A stretch of 39,492 nucleotides of DNA from an uncultured Lachnospiraceae bacterium (GCA_964579815.1 CAZOHP010000002.1:1-39492); one strand, 5' to 3'. Shown: positions 26,162 through 34,928, counted from the first letter of the stretch. Notes: generated by a model from the letters alone, not told the origin. A program made the numbers and translations.

Positions 26162-27760
26162 ATGAATTTGACAACTTCGAAACAATCGCATCGGCGGGAA
26201 GCACGACGACGGCTCCGTCGCCGCGGCGTGAGCATACAGTGGCGCCTCCTTGCGTATTTGAGTATATTTGTTGTGTTTATCCTGCTCGTTTTGTGGGTGT
26301 TTCAAGTGCAGATGCTCAATCGCTTTTACGAAAATATCAAACAGCAGGAAATGAAAAAAATAGCCGATTCGCTGGTTGCCGTGCTCGGAGATGACGAGGC
26401 AACGGAGCGCGCGGTGTATGCCGGGGCGGTCGATTATTCCACCTGCATTTGCGTTTACCGCATTGAGGGGCCGCTGGCGCGGCAAGTTGCTTCGGCCGAT
26501 GTGTCGGGCGATTGTATCATCCATCATGTGACGGGCGACCATTTGGCCGCGCTGTACAATTACGCCAAGAACAACGACGGGCTTTATACGGGCAAGGTGC
26601 AATTTCGCTCGGGCGGTATGGTTTGGCTCGACGAGGACGGTCATCCGTATACCGACACGGCACACGGCAACGGTGGCATATTCGGAGAAAAAATTCCGGA
26701 CGGATCGTTGCAAAACGGCGATATCTCCGCGCTGTATATTCAAACTCTCACAGGAGCGGATGACAAAGAATACGTCATCATGCTGGACGCGGGGCTTACG
26801 CCTATGAGCGCTACCGTTTCCACGCTCAAGACACAATTTTGGTGGATTGCCGTGACGCTGTTGCTCGGTGCGCTGTTGTTGGCTTATCTGATGTCACGGC
26901 GTATTTCCCGCCCGCTGATTCGCATGAATGAGGCGGCAAGGTCGTTGGCCGAGGGGCGTTACGATGTACAGTTTTTGGGACAGGGATATCGCGAAACGCG
27001 CGAATTGGCCGCTACGCTGAACTATGCTGCCGCCGAACTTTCCAAGACGGATACGCTGCAAAAAGAGTTGATTGCCAATGTGTCACATGATTTGCGCACG
27101 CCGCTGACCATGATTCGCGGCTACGGCGAGGTGATGCGCGACCTCCCGGGAGAAAATACACCCGAAAATGTGCAGGTCATCATTGACGAAACGAACCGGC
27201 TGTCAGAATTGGTGAACGATATGCTGGACCTTTCGCGCCTGCAGGCGGGCACACGCACACCGGAATTCTACGTGTTTGATCTGACGGATACGGTACGATC
27301 TGTTATGTTGCGCTATGAGAAATTGACCGGTCATGACGGCTATACCGTTACTTTTTCCGCCGATGAAAATGTCAGCATCTATGCGGATCGCACCATGATA
27401 TTGCAGGTTGTGTATAATTTAATCAACAATGCGATTAACTATTGCGGCGAAGATCGACGAGTGGATGTGCTGCAACGTGTAACAAACGGGCGAGTGCGTA
27501 TTTGCGTGCGGGATTTCGGTTCCGGCATTGAGCCGGAACAACTGCCGCTGATCTGGGATCGCTACTATAAAGTCGATCGTGTTCACCGTCGCGCTATGAT
27601 CGGGACGGGACTCGGACTTTCTATCTCCAAAGGAGTGCTTGAATTGCACGGCGCTCTTTACGGAGTCAACAGCACGCCGGGGCACGGCTCGGAGTTTTGG
27701 TTCGAACTTCCCGTAGCAAGTGCCGACGAAAAAACAAACGATGATGTTCAAGGAGAATGA
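26162..27760 (+). CDS. Sensor histidine kinase with an extracytoplasmic domain of about 180 aa (CssS-like context)
   Basis: Two TM segments flank a periplasmic-type loop. HAMP region, H-box SHDLRTPLT, N-box NLINNAINY, G-boxes DFGSGI and GTGLGLSI. Confidence 0.92.
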   Translation: MNLTTSKQSHRREARRRLRRRGVSIQWRLLAYLSIFVVFILLVLWVFQVQMLNRFYENIKQQEMKKIADSLVAVLGDDEATERAVYAGAVDYSTCICVYRIEGPLARQVASADVSGDCIIHHVTGDHLAALYNYAKNNDGLYTGKVQFRSGGMVWLDEDGHPYTDTAHGNGGIFGEKIPDGSLQNGDISALYIQTLTGADDKEYVIMLDAGLTPMSATVSTLKTQFWWIAVTLLLGALLLAYLMSRRISRPLIRMNEAARSLAEGRYDVQFLGQGYRETRELAATLNYAAAELSKTDTLQKELIANVSHDLRTPLTMIRGYGEVMRDLPGENTPENVQVIIDETNRLSELVNDMLDLSRLQAGTRTPEFYVFDLTDTVRSVMLRYEKLTGHDGYTVTFSADENVSIYADRTMILQVVYNLINNAINYCGEDRRVDVLQRVTNGRVRICVRDFGSGIEPEQLPLIWDRYYKVDRVHRRAMIGTGLGLSISKGVLELHGALYGVNSTPGHGSEFWFELPVASADEKTNDDVQGE

Positions 27761-28611
27761 CCGTGGAGAATTTGACAAGTATCAATGGATTGCACGCACT
27801 GCGTTGTCCCGTTTGCGGGAGTTCGATGCGATGCGACATGACGCACGGCGCGGGGCGGTTATTTTGCGCGGGCGAAAGAACGCATAATTTCGATATGGCG
27901 CGCAGCGGCTATGTGCATCTGGCGCCGCGCCACAGCGGCGGCGGTGACAGTCGCGCGGCGGTGCGGGCGCGGACGGCATTTTTGTCGGAGGGATATTATG
28001 CCGTTGCTGCCGACGCACTCTGCGAACTGATGCATAAGCATATGCCGACGGGGTTGATTGTCGATGCGGGGTGCGGAGAGGGATATTATACCAACTACCT
28101 TGCCCGTCGCGGACCATATGAAATACTCGGCTTTGATCTGTCGCGCGATGCGGTGGATGCCGCGTCTAAGGTGGCTCGTTCGGTGCAAAACGGAGCGAGA
28201 TATGCGGTGGCGAGCGTGTTTGAGTTGCCGCTCGGCGATGCGACGGCAGACGCGGTGATCAATATTTTTGCGCCTTGCGCAGAAGCGGAATTTTGCCGCA
28301 TACTGCGACCGGGCGGCATATTGGTATTGATCGGCGCGGGCGAGCACCACCTGCTGGGGCTGAAGCGTGCGCTGTATGACGATACGTACGAGAACGCCGA
28401 GCGAGCCGATTTGCCGCAGGACATGCGCCGAATTGAGCAGAAAACGGTACATGATACGATTACGGTGCGGGGAAACGAGCAAATCGCGCACTTGTTTTCC
28501 ATGACGCCGTATTATTGGCGCACCTCGCTCTCCGATCGGCAAAAACTGGATGCGCTGGATGTGTTGGAGACCGAGATCGAATTTGACTGTCGTGTATATA
28601 TGAAAGAATAA
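27757..28611 (+). CDS. rlmA: 23S rRNA (guanine-N1)-methyltransferase, RlmA family
   Basis: N-terminal zinc-binding C-x2-C ... C pattern (LRCPVCGSSM...FCAG), HNFDMARSGYVHL, GDS..AV.AR.AFL, and SAM motif I VDAGCGEGYY. The ATG overlaps the kinase stop (ATGA). An alternative GTG at 27763 has better RBS spacing. Confidence 0.8.
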   Translation: MTVENLTSINGLHALRCPVCGSSMRCDMTHGAGRLFCAGERTHNFDMARSGYVHLAPRHSGGGDSRAAVRARTAFLSEGYYAVAADALCELMHKHMPTGLIVDAGCGEGYYTNYLARRGPYEILGFDLSRDAVDAASKVARSVQNGARYAVASVFELPLGDATADAVINIFAPCAEAEFCRILRPGGILVLIGAGEHHLLGLKRALYDDTYENAERADLPQDMRRIEQKTVHDTITVRGNEQIAHLFSMTPYYWRTSLSDRQKLDALDVLETEIEFDCRVYMKE

Positions 28612-28638
28612 TTCGAGATTAACGATTAACAGACAGCA

Positions 28639-28677
28639 GGCCCGCCGGGGCGGCAATACTTGCCGACCCGGCGGGCC
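28639..28677. terminator. GC-rich hairpin between convergent genes (no clear U-tract)
   Basis: GGCCCGCCGGG (28639-28649) pairs with CCCGGCGGGCC (28667-28677), with a nested GGCAA/TTGCC stem. Confidence 0.5.
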
Positions 28678-28706
28678 GATCATATATTGTATGAGACGGA
28701 TATCGG

Positions 28707-29183
28707 TTATGCTCGCCGCTTGGGTCGGCGGTTCTTTTTCGGCATGTTGGCTCCCATGGTCGCACCGAGCAACGAAAATATGATCACACCGCCACGCAGT
28801 CCCCAGCCGACGGCCGGAGAGAATGAGTCGCGCAGATCATCGGGCAAAAGACATGACAGGACAAACCAAAGGGCGAGCAAGGCAAGACCGCCGAGCGTGC
28901 CGCACAGTAGCGGCGAGAGGCGGGCATAACGCCGAGTGATCAATCCACAAACAAGAGCAACGATGGCAAGTGTGCCCAGCCCGAGCGGCAACAGCAACGA
29001 ATCCGGATCGGCACTCATATAGGCAATGATCGCCGCGATCGGCGAGATGATCAGCGCACAAATCAGCGCAATCAAAACGCCACGCAATACGGCGCGGGCA
29101 AGCAACAAAAGAGGATGCTGCTCCGTGGGCGTTGCGGCGTGGGCGGCTCGGCGATGTGTCTTTCCGTTTTTTGCGGTATTCAT
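28707..29183 (-). CDS. Small polytopic membrane protein (TIGR04086-like)
   Basis: Start set at MNTAKNG (ATG at 29183, GGAGG upstream). Four hydrophobic helices. The family assignment is from memory of the general pattern only. Confidence 0.5.
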   Translation of the reverse strand: MNTAKNGKTHRRAAHAATPTEQHPLLLLARAVLRGVLIALICALIISPIAAIIAYMSADPDSLLLPLGLGTLAIVALVCGLITRRYARLSPLLCGTLGGLALLALWFVLSCLLPDDLRDSFSPAVGWGLRGGVIIFSLLGATMGANMPKKNRRPKRRA

Positions 29184-29250
29184 TTGGAATTGCCTCCGTT
29201 TTTTGATTTGATACAATGTATGCACGAGTCGGAATGAATATGACGGCGGC

Positions 29251-29286
29251 AAAGAAAAGGGGGGAAGCCGACATTCGGTTTCCCCT
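29251..29286 (-). terminator. Intrinsic terminator downstream of yajC
   Basis: Minus strand: GAGGGGAAACCG-loop-CGGCTTCCCCCC, followed by TTTTCTTT. Confidence 0.6.
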
Positions 29287-29291
29287 CAAAA

Positions 29292-29678
29292 TTATTTTTC
29301 TTCCTTCTCCGCTTCTTTCGCAGCGGCCTTTTCCGCTTTTTCGGCGGCCTCAACGGTATCCGCGGCGTGAACATCGACCGAGCGGATAGCGGTTTTGAGG
29401 ATATGCAATTTGGTGCGATCCTTGCCCGTTTCAATGACGACGGTTTCCTCGGTGACCTTGACGACGCGACCGAGAATGCCGCCGATGGTGGTGATTTCGT
29501 CACCGATCGTCAGGGCATTGCGCATGTTGTTTGCTTCGCGTTCCTGCTTTTTCTGCGGGCGAATGGCGAAGAAGTAAAATGCGACGAAGACAATGACGAT
29601 CATGCCAAGCGAGATCCATGAACTCATGCCGTTCGTTCCGGCATCTGTCGATGCTTCCAAAAGTTTCAAAAAATTCAT
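29292..29678 (-). CDS. yajC: Preprotein translocase subunit YajC, with a Lys/Glu/Ala-rich tail
   Basis: Start at MNFLKL (ATG at 29678, AAGGAG upstream). Single TM helix followed by the signature RPQKKQ and GD.I.T.GGI.G.V. The ORF-track extension to 29903 is rejected. Confidence 0.85.
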   Translation of the reverse strand: MNFLKLLEASTDAGTNGMSSWISLGMIVIVFVAFYFFAIRPQKKQEREANNMRNALTIGDEITTIGGILGRVVKVTEETVVIETGKDRTKLHILKTAIRSVDVHAADTVEAAEKAEKAAAKEAEKEEK

Positions 29679-29712
29679 ACGGTTCTCCTTTGTTGTGGAA
29701 TATTTCGTTACT

Positions 29713-29741
29713 ATTGTAACCGATATGCGCGAAAAAAGCAA
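29713..29741 (-). promoter_or_regulatory. Sigma-A type promoter for yajC
   Basis: Minus strand: TTGCTT (29741-29736), 17 nt, TACAAT (29718-29713). Confidence 0.5.
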
Positions 29742-29823
29742 CCCCTTATTTGTAAATAATTTCATTGTCGCTTGAAAAAATTGCCGAAAAACCGTCTCGG
29801 GGGCGAAAGTTGTGCTTGAGGAC

Positions 29824-29852
29824 TTGCCAAATAGGAAAGAATGTGATATAAT
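29824..29852 (+). promoter_or_regulatory. Sigma-A type promoter (extended -10) for rimM-trmD
   Basis: TTGCCA (29824-29829), 17 nt spacer ending in TGA, TATAAT (29847-29852). Confidence 0.6.
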
Positions 29853-29902
29853 GTCAGCGAAAGAGTTTGGCCGTTTTTCGGAAAACGCACGGAGGTATTT
29901 CA

Positions 29903-30415
29903 ATGGATAAAGGCAAATATCTGGAATGCGGGCGGGTGCAAAACACTCACGGTTGCCGCGGATATATCAAAGTCGAGTCGTATTGCGATTCTCCCGAGGT
30001 GCTGGCATCCTTGCCTTTTGTGTACCGAAAATGCAATGACACCTATGTGCCGTTGCGTATATTGCAGACGGGGCGCAAGCAGGAGGCGGTTCTTTTGCTG
30101 TTGGAGGGCATCGATGATATGGATGCTGCCGAGAGGTTGAAAAACGAAACGCTGTACGCCGCGCGGGAGGATATTCCGCTGCGCCGCGGAGCCTATTTTT
30201 TGGCAGACTTGGTAGGCTTGCCCGTGATTGATGCGGACAACGGCAAAGTATACGGAAAAGTGGAGGAGATCAGTCTTGTCGGTGACCGGAGTTTGCTGGT
30301 CGTGAAAACGGCGACCGGCACGAGGCTGTTGCCCCATGTGCCCGCTTTTATCGACCGCGTCGACGCGGAAAGCGGCGTGTATGTTCATCCCATCCCGGGC
30401 TTGCTGGAGGATTGA
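29903..30415 (+). CDS. rimM: 16S rRNA processing protein RimM
   Basis: GRV...HG.RG..KV N-terminal signature (CGRVQNTHGCRGYIKV) and a PRC-barrel C-terminal part. GGAGG 7 nt before the ATG at 29903. Confidence 0.88.
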   Translation: MDKGKYLECGRVQNTHGCRGYIKVESYCDSPEVLASLPFVYRKCNDTYVPLRILQTGRKQEAVLLLLEGIDDMDAAERLKNETLYAAREDIPLRRGAYFLADLVGLPVIDADNGKVYGKVEEISLVGDRSLLVVKTATGTRLLPHVPAFIDRVDAESGVYVHPIPGLLED

Positions 30416-30456
30416 TCTGTTCAAACGAAGATTGGAAAGGCGGCGAAATTTTGCCC

Positions 30457-31242
30457 ATGCGTTTTGATATTATGACGTTGTTCCCCGAATTGGTGCAAAC
30501 GGTGCTCGGTTCGAGCATTATCGGGCGGGCGCAAAAGAGCGGCGCCATTGAGGTGGTGACTCACCAGATTCGCGACTATTCCGAGGATAAGCACCGCCGG
30601 GTGGATGACACGCCGTATGGCGGCGGCAAGGGCATGCTTATGGCGGCACAGCCCATCTGGAATTGCTATCAAGGCGTGTTAAAGGCCGCTCCCGGGCGCG
30701 AGGGAGAACGCCGCCGCGTGATATATCTGACACCGACGGGACATTTGCTTACCCAAGCACGCGCCGAACAACTGGCGCGTGACTATGATCGTTTGATTCT
30801 TTTGTGCGGCCATTACGAAGGAGTGGACTGCCGCGTGACGGACGAGATCGTCGATGAAGAAATTTCAATCGGAGATTATGTGCTGACGGGCGGGGAAGTA
30901 CCGGCTTGTATTTTGGTCGATTGCGTGGCCCGCATGGTGGATGGTGTGCTTGCGGATGAGGAATGCTATCGAGAAGAGAGTATTTCGTCCGGGTTGTTGG
31001 AATATCCGCAATATACCAAACCTGCCGTTTGGCGGGGACATGAGGTGCCTGCGGTGTTGCTGTCGGGCGATCACGCGCGTGTGAATGCCTATCGGCTGGA
31101 GGCGTCGCTTGCGCTGACCGAACGCAATCGTCCCGATCTGTACCACGCGTGGATGCTGGAGCATCCGCCGACGGAACGAAAAAAGAAACACAAAAAAAAG
31201 ACGCCGACCCCCGCGGCGCCACGAGAGGAGGAAACGCCTTGA
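30457..31242 (+). CDS. trmD: tRNA (guanine37-N1)-methyltransferase TrmD, with a Lys-rich C-terminal extension
   Basis: MRFDIMTLFPEL start, signature DDTPYGGGKGM, and LLCGHYEGVD. The tail RKKKHKKKTPTPAAPREEETP extends beyond the conserved core. Confidence 0.92.
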   Translation: MRFDIMTLFPELVQTVLGSSIIGRAQKSGAIEVVTHQIRDYSEDKHRRVDDTPYGGGKGMLMAAQPIWNCYQGVLKAAPGREGERRRVIYLTPTGHLLTQARAEQLARDYDRLILLCGHYEGVDCRVTDEIVDEEISIGDYVLTGGEVPACILVDCVARMVDGVLADEECYREESISSGLLEYPQYTKPAVWRGHEVPAVLLSGDHARVNAYRLEASLALTERNRPDLYHAWMLEHPPTERKKKHKKKTPTPAAPREEETP

Positions 31243-33191
31243 ATACTTTACAGCGCGGACCGACGCGGGAGCGCAAGAGTGTGATCTTGCATGGCCTTCA
31301 TCGCTTTTCGGCATGGCTGTATGCGCTTGTCCTTCACAGTATGATCGGCCGCTTTTTGACGAACACGCCGTCGAAGTCCCCCAAAGAAAGTGATGACGGC
31401 TTTTTGCATCGACTGTTCCGAAGCAAAAAGAAACGAAGCGACCGCATTCTGTTCCGCTGCTGCCACGCCTTGGCGGCAACGCTGGAACAAAGTGTGTTTT
31501 GCCGACTGATCGGTGCGATCGAACGGGCACTGTTGCGGACCGGTATCAATTCATACGGCATTTTTTTGCTGTTTTTCGGCTGCTATTCGGTTGTGTCGTA
31601 TTATGTGTTGAGCGGCTTGGGAATGGAGGTGTCGCTCGGCTATCCTGTAACGGGCGGCGTGCTGATTTTGGCTTCGCTTCCCATGTTTGCGTCTTCGCAT
31701 TCCATGGCGTGGGGACTTCGCAAAAGCGTCATTTTCCGCGCGATCATTGTGTACGGTTTCGGCATTGCCGAGGAGCGCTTGACCTCTTACGGAGATGCCG
31801 GGCGCGAGCACCATCTGGAGGCGCTGATTTTGGCTCTTTTGAGCGGCACGATGACATTTTTTGTCGCACCGTACCATTTGCTGCTGGGGGCCGGCGTGAT
31901 TTTATTGATTTTGCTGGTGTTGCGTGATCCGGAAGTCGGCATGGTTCCTTCCGTCGGGCTTTTGCCGTTTCTTTCCTTGCTTGAGCGACCGACGTTTTTG
32001 CTGCTCGGTATGATGAGCGTAACGTTGCTCGGCTATGTAAACAAGTGGCTGTGCGGCAAACGAACGCTCCGCGTTGAAACGACGGACGGTATGGTGTTTT
32101 TCTTTCTCGTGTTGGTTGCTCTCGGCGGTATTGTCACGCGAGGGGGAACGGCTTCGTTGCATAGCGCGTTGACCTATGTTTTTTTGGGAACCGTTTATTT
32201 CATCGTCGCTAATTTGGTGCGCTCGCAGGCGGGCGTGTGGCGAATGGTGTCGATCCTGCTTATCTCCGGTACGGCAGTCTCGCTGCTCGGTATCTGGCAG
32301 TACGTTTTCTCAACGCCGACTCTTGAGTATTTGGATCTGAATTTGTTTCCCGATCTCGGGGGGCGTGTTTCGTCTGCTTGGGGGAATCCCAACATGCTGG
32401 CCGAATATTTGGCGTTGCTGTTGCCGCTTGCCTTTGCGGTGTTGTTGCTTCAGCGCAGATTGTTGCGTGGTTTCGGCACCGTGCTGTGCATTGCCGCCAT
32501 GGTGTTTTGCATGGTGTTTACCTGGTCGCGAGGGGCGTGGTTGGGCGTGCTGATCGCCTTGCTGTTGATGGCCCTTTGCTTGAATCATAAGGTGCTGAGT
32601 TGGTTGATTCTCGGCGCGATTCCGACTGCGGCCTTGTTGCCGTTTGCCCCCGAGACGGTGTTGCGCCGCTTTGCCAGCATCGGCAGTCGCACGGACAGTT
32701 CCATTCTTTATCGCCTTCATTTATGGGATGGCGTGGAGAATATGCTGAGGGATGTTTGGCTGACGGGTGTCGGCGTCGGCGAGAGCGCTTTTTGCGCGGT
32801 CTATACCGACTATGCGCTTCCCGGTATTGAAACGGCCATGCACAGCCACAGCCTTTATTTGCAGTTGATGTGCGATCTCGGCATTATCGGGGTGCTGGTT
32901 TTCGGCATTGTCATGTTGCTGTGGTTGCGTAGAATGTTGGGGTATGTTCGGTACGGACAGTTGCGTGCGCCGCGTCTTATTGTGCTCGCGAGCGTTTCCG
33001 GTGTCGTTGCATTGCTGATCATGGGTGCGTTTGATTATGTGTGGTACAATTATCGAATTTATATGCTGTTTTGGGCTTTGATGGGACTCGGAACGGCTCA
33101 AGTGCGTATCGGCGAGCGAGAAACGGAACGTGCGCATACACCGTTGGACGACGAGCGCACGCAAGGCGAGGTCGTGCTCCGCTTTTATTGA
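31239..33191 (+). CDS. O-antigen ligase/polymerase family (Wzy_C-type) polytopic membrane protein
   Basis: More than 10 hydrophobic helices and a Wzy_C-like core (TWSRGAWLGVLIALLL). Start proposed at TTG 31239 (GAGGAGGA 6 nt upstream), overlapping the trmD stop as TTGA. The ORF-track GTG at 31149 lies inside trmD. Confidence 0.75.
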   Translation: MNTLQRGPTRERKSVILHGLHRFSAWLYALVLHSMIGRFLTNTPSKSPKESDDGFLHRLFRSKKKRSDRILFRCCHALAATLEQSVFCRLIGAIERALLRTGINSYGIFLLFFGCYSVVSYYVLSGLGMEVSLGYPVTGGVLILASLPMFASSHSMAWGLRKSVIFRAIIVYGFGIAEERLTSYGDAGREHHLEALILALLSGTMTFFVAPYHLLLGAGVILLILLVLRDPEVGMVPSVGLLPFLSLLERPTFLLLGMMSVTLLGYVNKWLCGKRTLRVETTDGMVFFFLVLVALGGIVTRGGTASLHSALTYVFLGTVYFIVANLVRSQAGVWRMVSILLISGTAVSLLGIWQYVFSTPTLEYLDLNLFPDLGGRVSSAWGNPNMLAEYLALLLPLAFAVLLLQRRLLRGFGTVLCIAAMVFCMVFTWSRGAWLGVLIALLLMALCLNHKVLSWLILGAIPTAALLPFAPETVLRRFASIGSRTDSSILYRLHLWDGVENMLRDVWLTGVGVGESAFCAVYTDYALPGIETAMHSHSLYLQLMCDLGIIGVLVFGIVMLLWLRRMLGYVRYGQLRAPRLIVLASVSGVVALLIMGAFDYVWYNYRIYMLFWALMGLGTAQVRIGERETERAHTPLDDERTQGEVVLRFY

Positions 33192-33243
33192 TACGGTGCA
33201 CGGTGCATGATGCACCGCATCGTGCATAGCATAGAAAGAAAGG

Positions 33244-33876
33244 ATGGATTTCAACATGGTGGAAAACAATAAACAAGTAAAATCCGCCGAACAGGAGGAC
33301 AATGCAGCTGCGCGCGCACGCGCTCGCATGAGGCGCAACGTTGCTCGCCAAAAAAGAGCGCGGAGGACCATGATCAATTTGTTTGACGTCGTTGTGATTT
33401 TGTTGATCATGACGGTCATCGTTTTGCTGGCGGCCGGTGTTCGCATGGGAGATATTTTCGGCGATGAGGAGGGAACACGGGTCCGACTGACATATTCCAT
33501 GCTGATGACCGACGTGGACGAGGCTTTTGCCGAAACGATTCAATACGGTGATGTTGTGAAAGATGCCGAAACCGGGGCTGTACTCGGAACCGTGCGCATG
33601 GCTCCTACGGTAGTGCCGTACACAACGGTCGGCGTGGAAGCGAGTGGCGAGGTCGGTGCGGACGGTAGCGTGTATTCGTCTGTTGTCAAGGAAATTCCCG
33701 GGCGGGTGAATATCACGGTGGCGCTGACGGTTACCGCAACTTATCTGGAGGGCAGCGGATATTCGGCTGAGGGACGCGAACTTCGCATCGGTGATGTTTA
33801 TACGCTTCGGTTCCCCGGATATACCGGAAACGCAGTTTGCTCGTCGATTGACGGCATCGGCGCGCCGAAAGATTGA
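33244..33876 (+). CDS. Membrane-anchored DUF4330-like protein with an Arg-rich N-terminal extension
   Basis: Basic N-terminus, TM helix LFDVVVILLIMTVIVLLAAG, then a beta-rich domain. Paralogous in layout to the next gene. The start could be 33244 or 33256. Confidence 0.6.
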   Translation: MDFNMVENNKQVKSAEQEDNAAARARARMRRNVARQKRARRTMINLFDVVVILLIMTVIVLLAAGVRMGDIFGDEEGTRVRLTYSMLMTDVDEAFAETIQYGDVVKDAETGAVLGTVRMAPTVVPYTTVGVEASGEVGADGSVYSSVVKEIPGRVNITVALTVTATYLEGSGYSAEGRELRIGDVYTLRFPGYTGNAVCSSIDGIGAPKD

Positions 33877-33891
33877 AGGGAGGAGTCTTGA

Positions 33892-34422
33892 TTGAAACCC
33901 GAAGTAAAGACCAACAAACATTTTTGGAGACGCGGTAATGTGATGGACATTGTGATTTTGCTGCTGATTTTGGCGGCGATCGTTTCCATAGGCTATCGCT
34001 ATTACCTGTCCCGGGAAGCCGCCGATGCGGATTTGTCGGACGATTATGCGATCACTTTCCGTGCCGAGAGCGTGTTGCCCGGTGTGGTGAATGCGTTGCA
34101 AGAGGGAGATGTGATCTATTGGTCCGACGGGGAGACGTTCGGTGTGCTCGGTTCGGCGGATGGTGCGCAGAATCATTCGCCTGTCGTGACGGAGGTCGCA
34201 ACGATACTCACTCGTGACGCGCAGGGCAATTATGTCAATGTGAAGTTGCCGGATGCCTCCTATTTGGATGTGCAGGGCATTGTGGAATGCCAAGGCGTGG
34301 AAAATGAGGACGGTACGCTGTTGGTAGGCGGCGACCGTTCGGTGACGCCGGGGCAGAAAATTACGGTACACACCGAAAAGGCGACTTTGGTACTGACGGT
34401 GATGTCCGTTGCCAAAAAATGA
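33892..34422 (+). CDS. Membrane-anchored DUF4330-like protein (paralog of the preceding gene)
   Basis: TTG start with GGAGGAG 6 nt upstream. TM helix MDIVILLLILAAIVSIG, then a domain of similar length with shared GD(V/I) landmarks. Confidence 0.6.
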   Translation: MKPEVKTNKHFWRRGNVMDIVILLLILAAIVSIGYRYYLSREAADADLSDDYAITFRAESVLPGVVNALQEGDVIYWSDGETFGVLGSADGAQNHSPVVTEVATILTRDAQGNYVNVKLPDASYLDVQGIVECQGVENEDGTLLVGGDRSVTPGQKITVHTEKATLVLTVMSVAKK

Positions 34423-34517
34423 GGCGTTGCGCGAAAATCGGAATGTTCTGTGAAAATTATGATATAATATCACAAATAACCGCTGAAATTTTATGAAAAA
34501 GCACAATGAAAATTTAC

Positions 34518-34546
34518 TTGATTTTGTGACGCTTTTTTGGTATACT
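34518..34546 (+). promoter_or_regulatory. Sigma-A type promoter for ptsH
   Basis: TTGATT (34518-34523), 17 nt, TATACT (34541-34546). Confidence 0.5.
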
Positions 34547-34639
34547 ATTGATGTATCGTATGCTATTATGCTATCTGCGTGTCAGATCGGGCGTATATGA
34601 TGAAAATTGTTAAAACAATGAACAGGAGTGGCGGTAACT

Positions 34640-34903
34640 ATGATTTCCCGTGATGTCACAATTATCAATGCCGGCGGTCTTCATGCAAGACCTGCGACTT
34701 TCTTCATCCAAAAGGCAAATTCGTTCAAAAGTACCATTTGGGTGGAAAAAGACGACCGTCGTGTCAATGCAAAAAGTTTGCTTGGTGTGCTTTCGCTGGG
34801 GATCGCCAAGGGCATGTCCATCACGCTGGTTGCGGATGGACAGGACGAGCAGGCGGCACTTGACGGTCTGGCCGAACTGATCGACAGCGGTTTTAACAGC
34901 TGA
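34640..34903 (+). CDS. ptsH: Phosphocarrier protein HPr
   Basis: His15 context GLHARPA and Ser46 context NAKSLLGVLSLG. 87 aa from the ATG at 34640, with AGGAG upstream. Confidence 0.93.
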   Translation: MISRDVTIINAGGLHARPATFFIQKANSFKSTIWVEKDDRRVNAKSLLGVLSLGIAKGMSITLVADGQDEQAALDGLAELIDSGFNS

Positions 34904-34928
34904 GCGGTTGCGTATGATAATGGAGAGA

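Noticed and set aside
26006-28683. Antisense ORFs of 276 aa (26006-26836) and 274 aa (27859-28683)
   Set aside because: They lie opposite the histidine kinase and rlmA-like genes, both of which carry complete catalytic motifs. The antisense ORFs have no RBS or motifs.
29679-29903. Upstream extension of yajC to 203 aa
   Set aside because: The extension covers the yajC promoter and the rimM promoter region. The conserved YajC sequence starts at the ATG at 29678 with an AAGGAG RBS.
31149-31238. GTG start at 31149 for the ligase-like protein
   Set aside because: It would overlap the last 94 nt of trmD and add a hydrophilic Lys-rich segment that merely mirrors the trmD tail in another frame. The TTG at 31239 has a strong RBS.
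34457-34482. TGTGA ... TCACA, considered as a CRP/cre-type site upstream of ptsH
   Set aside because: The spacing is 16 nt rather than the 6 nt of CRP sites, and the sequence does not fit the cre consensus (WTGNAANCGNWNNCW). It is kept only as an unexplained palindrome.
33019-34506. 495-aa minus-strand ORF, the longest unassigned ORF in the track
   Set aside because: It runs antisense across the end of the ligase-like gene, both DUF4330-like genes and their intergenic gaps. Its composition is Arg/His/Asn/Gln-rich with no motifs. The plus-strand genes have RBSs, TM helices and paralogous structure. It is a typical shadow ORF of GC-rich DNA.
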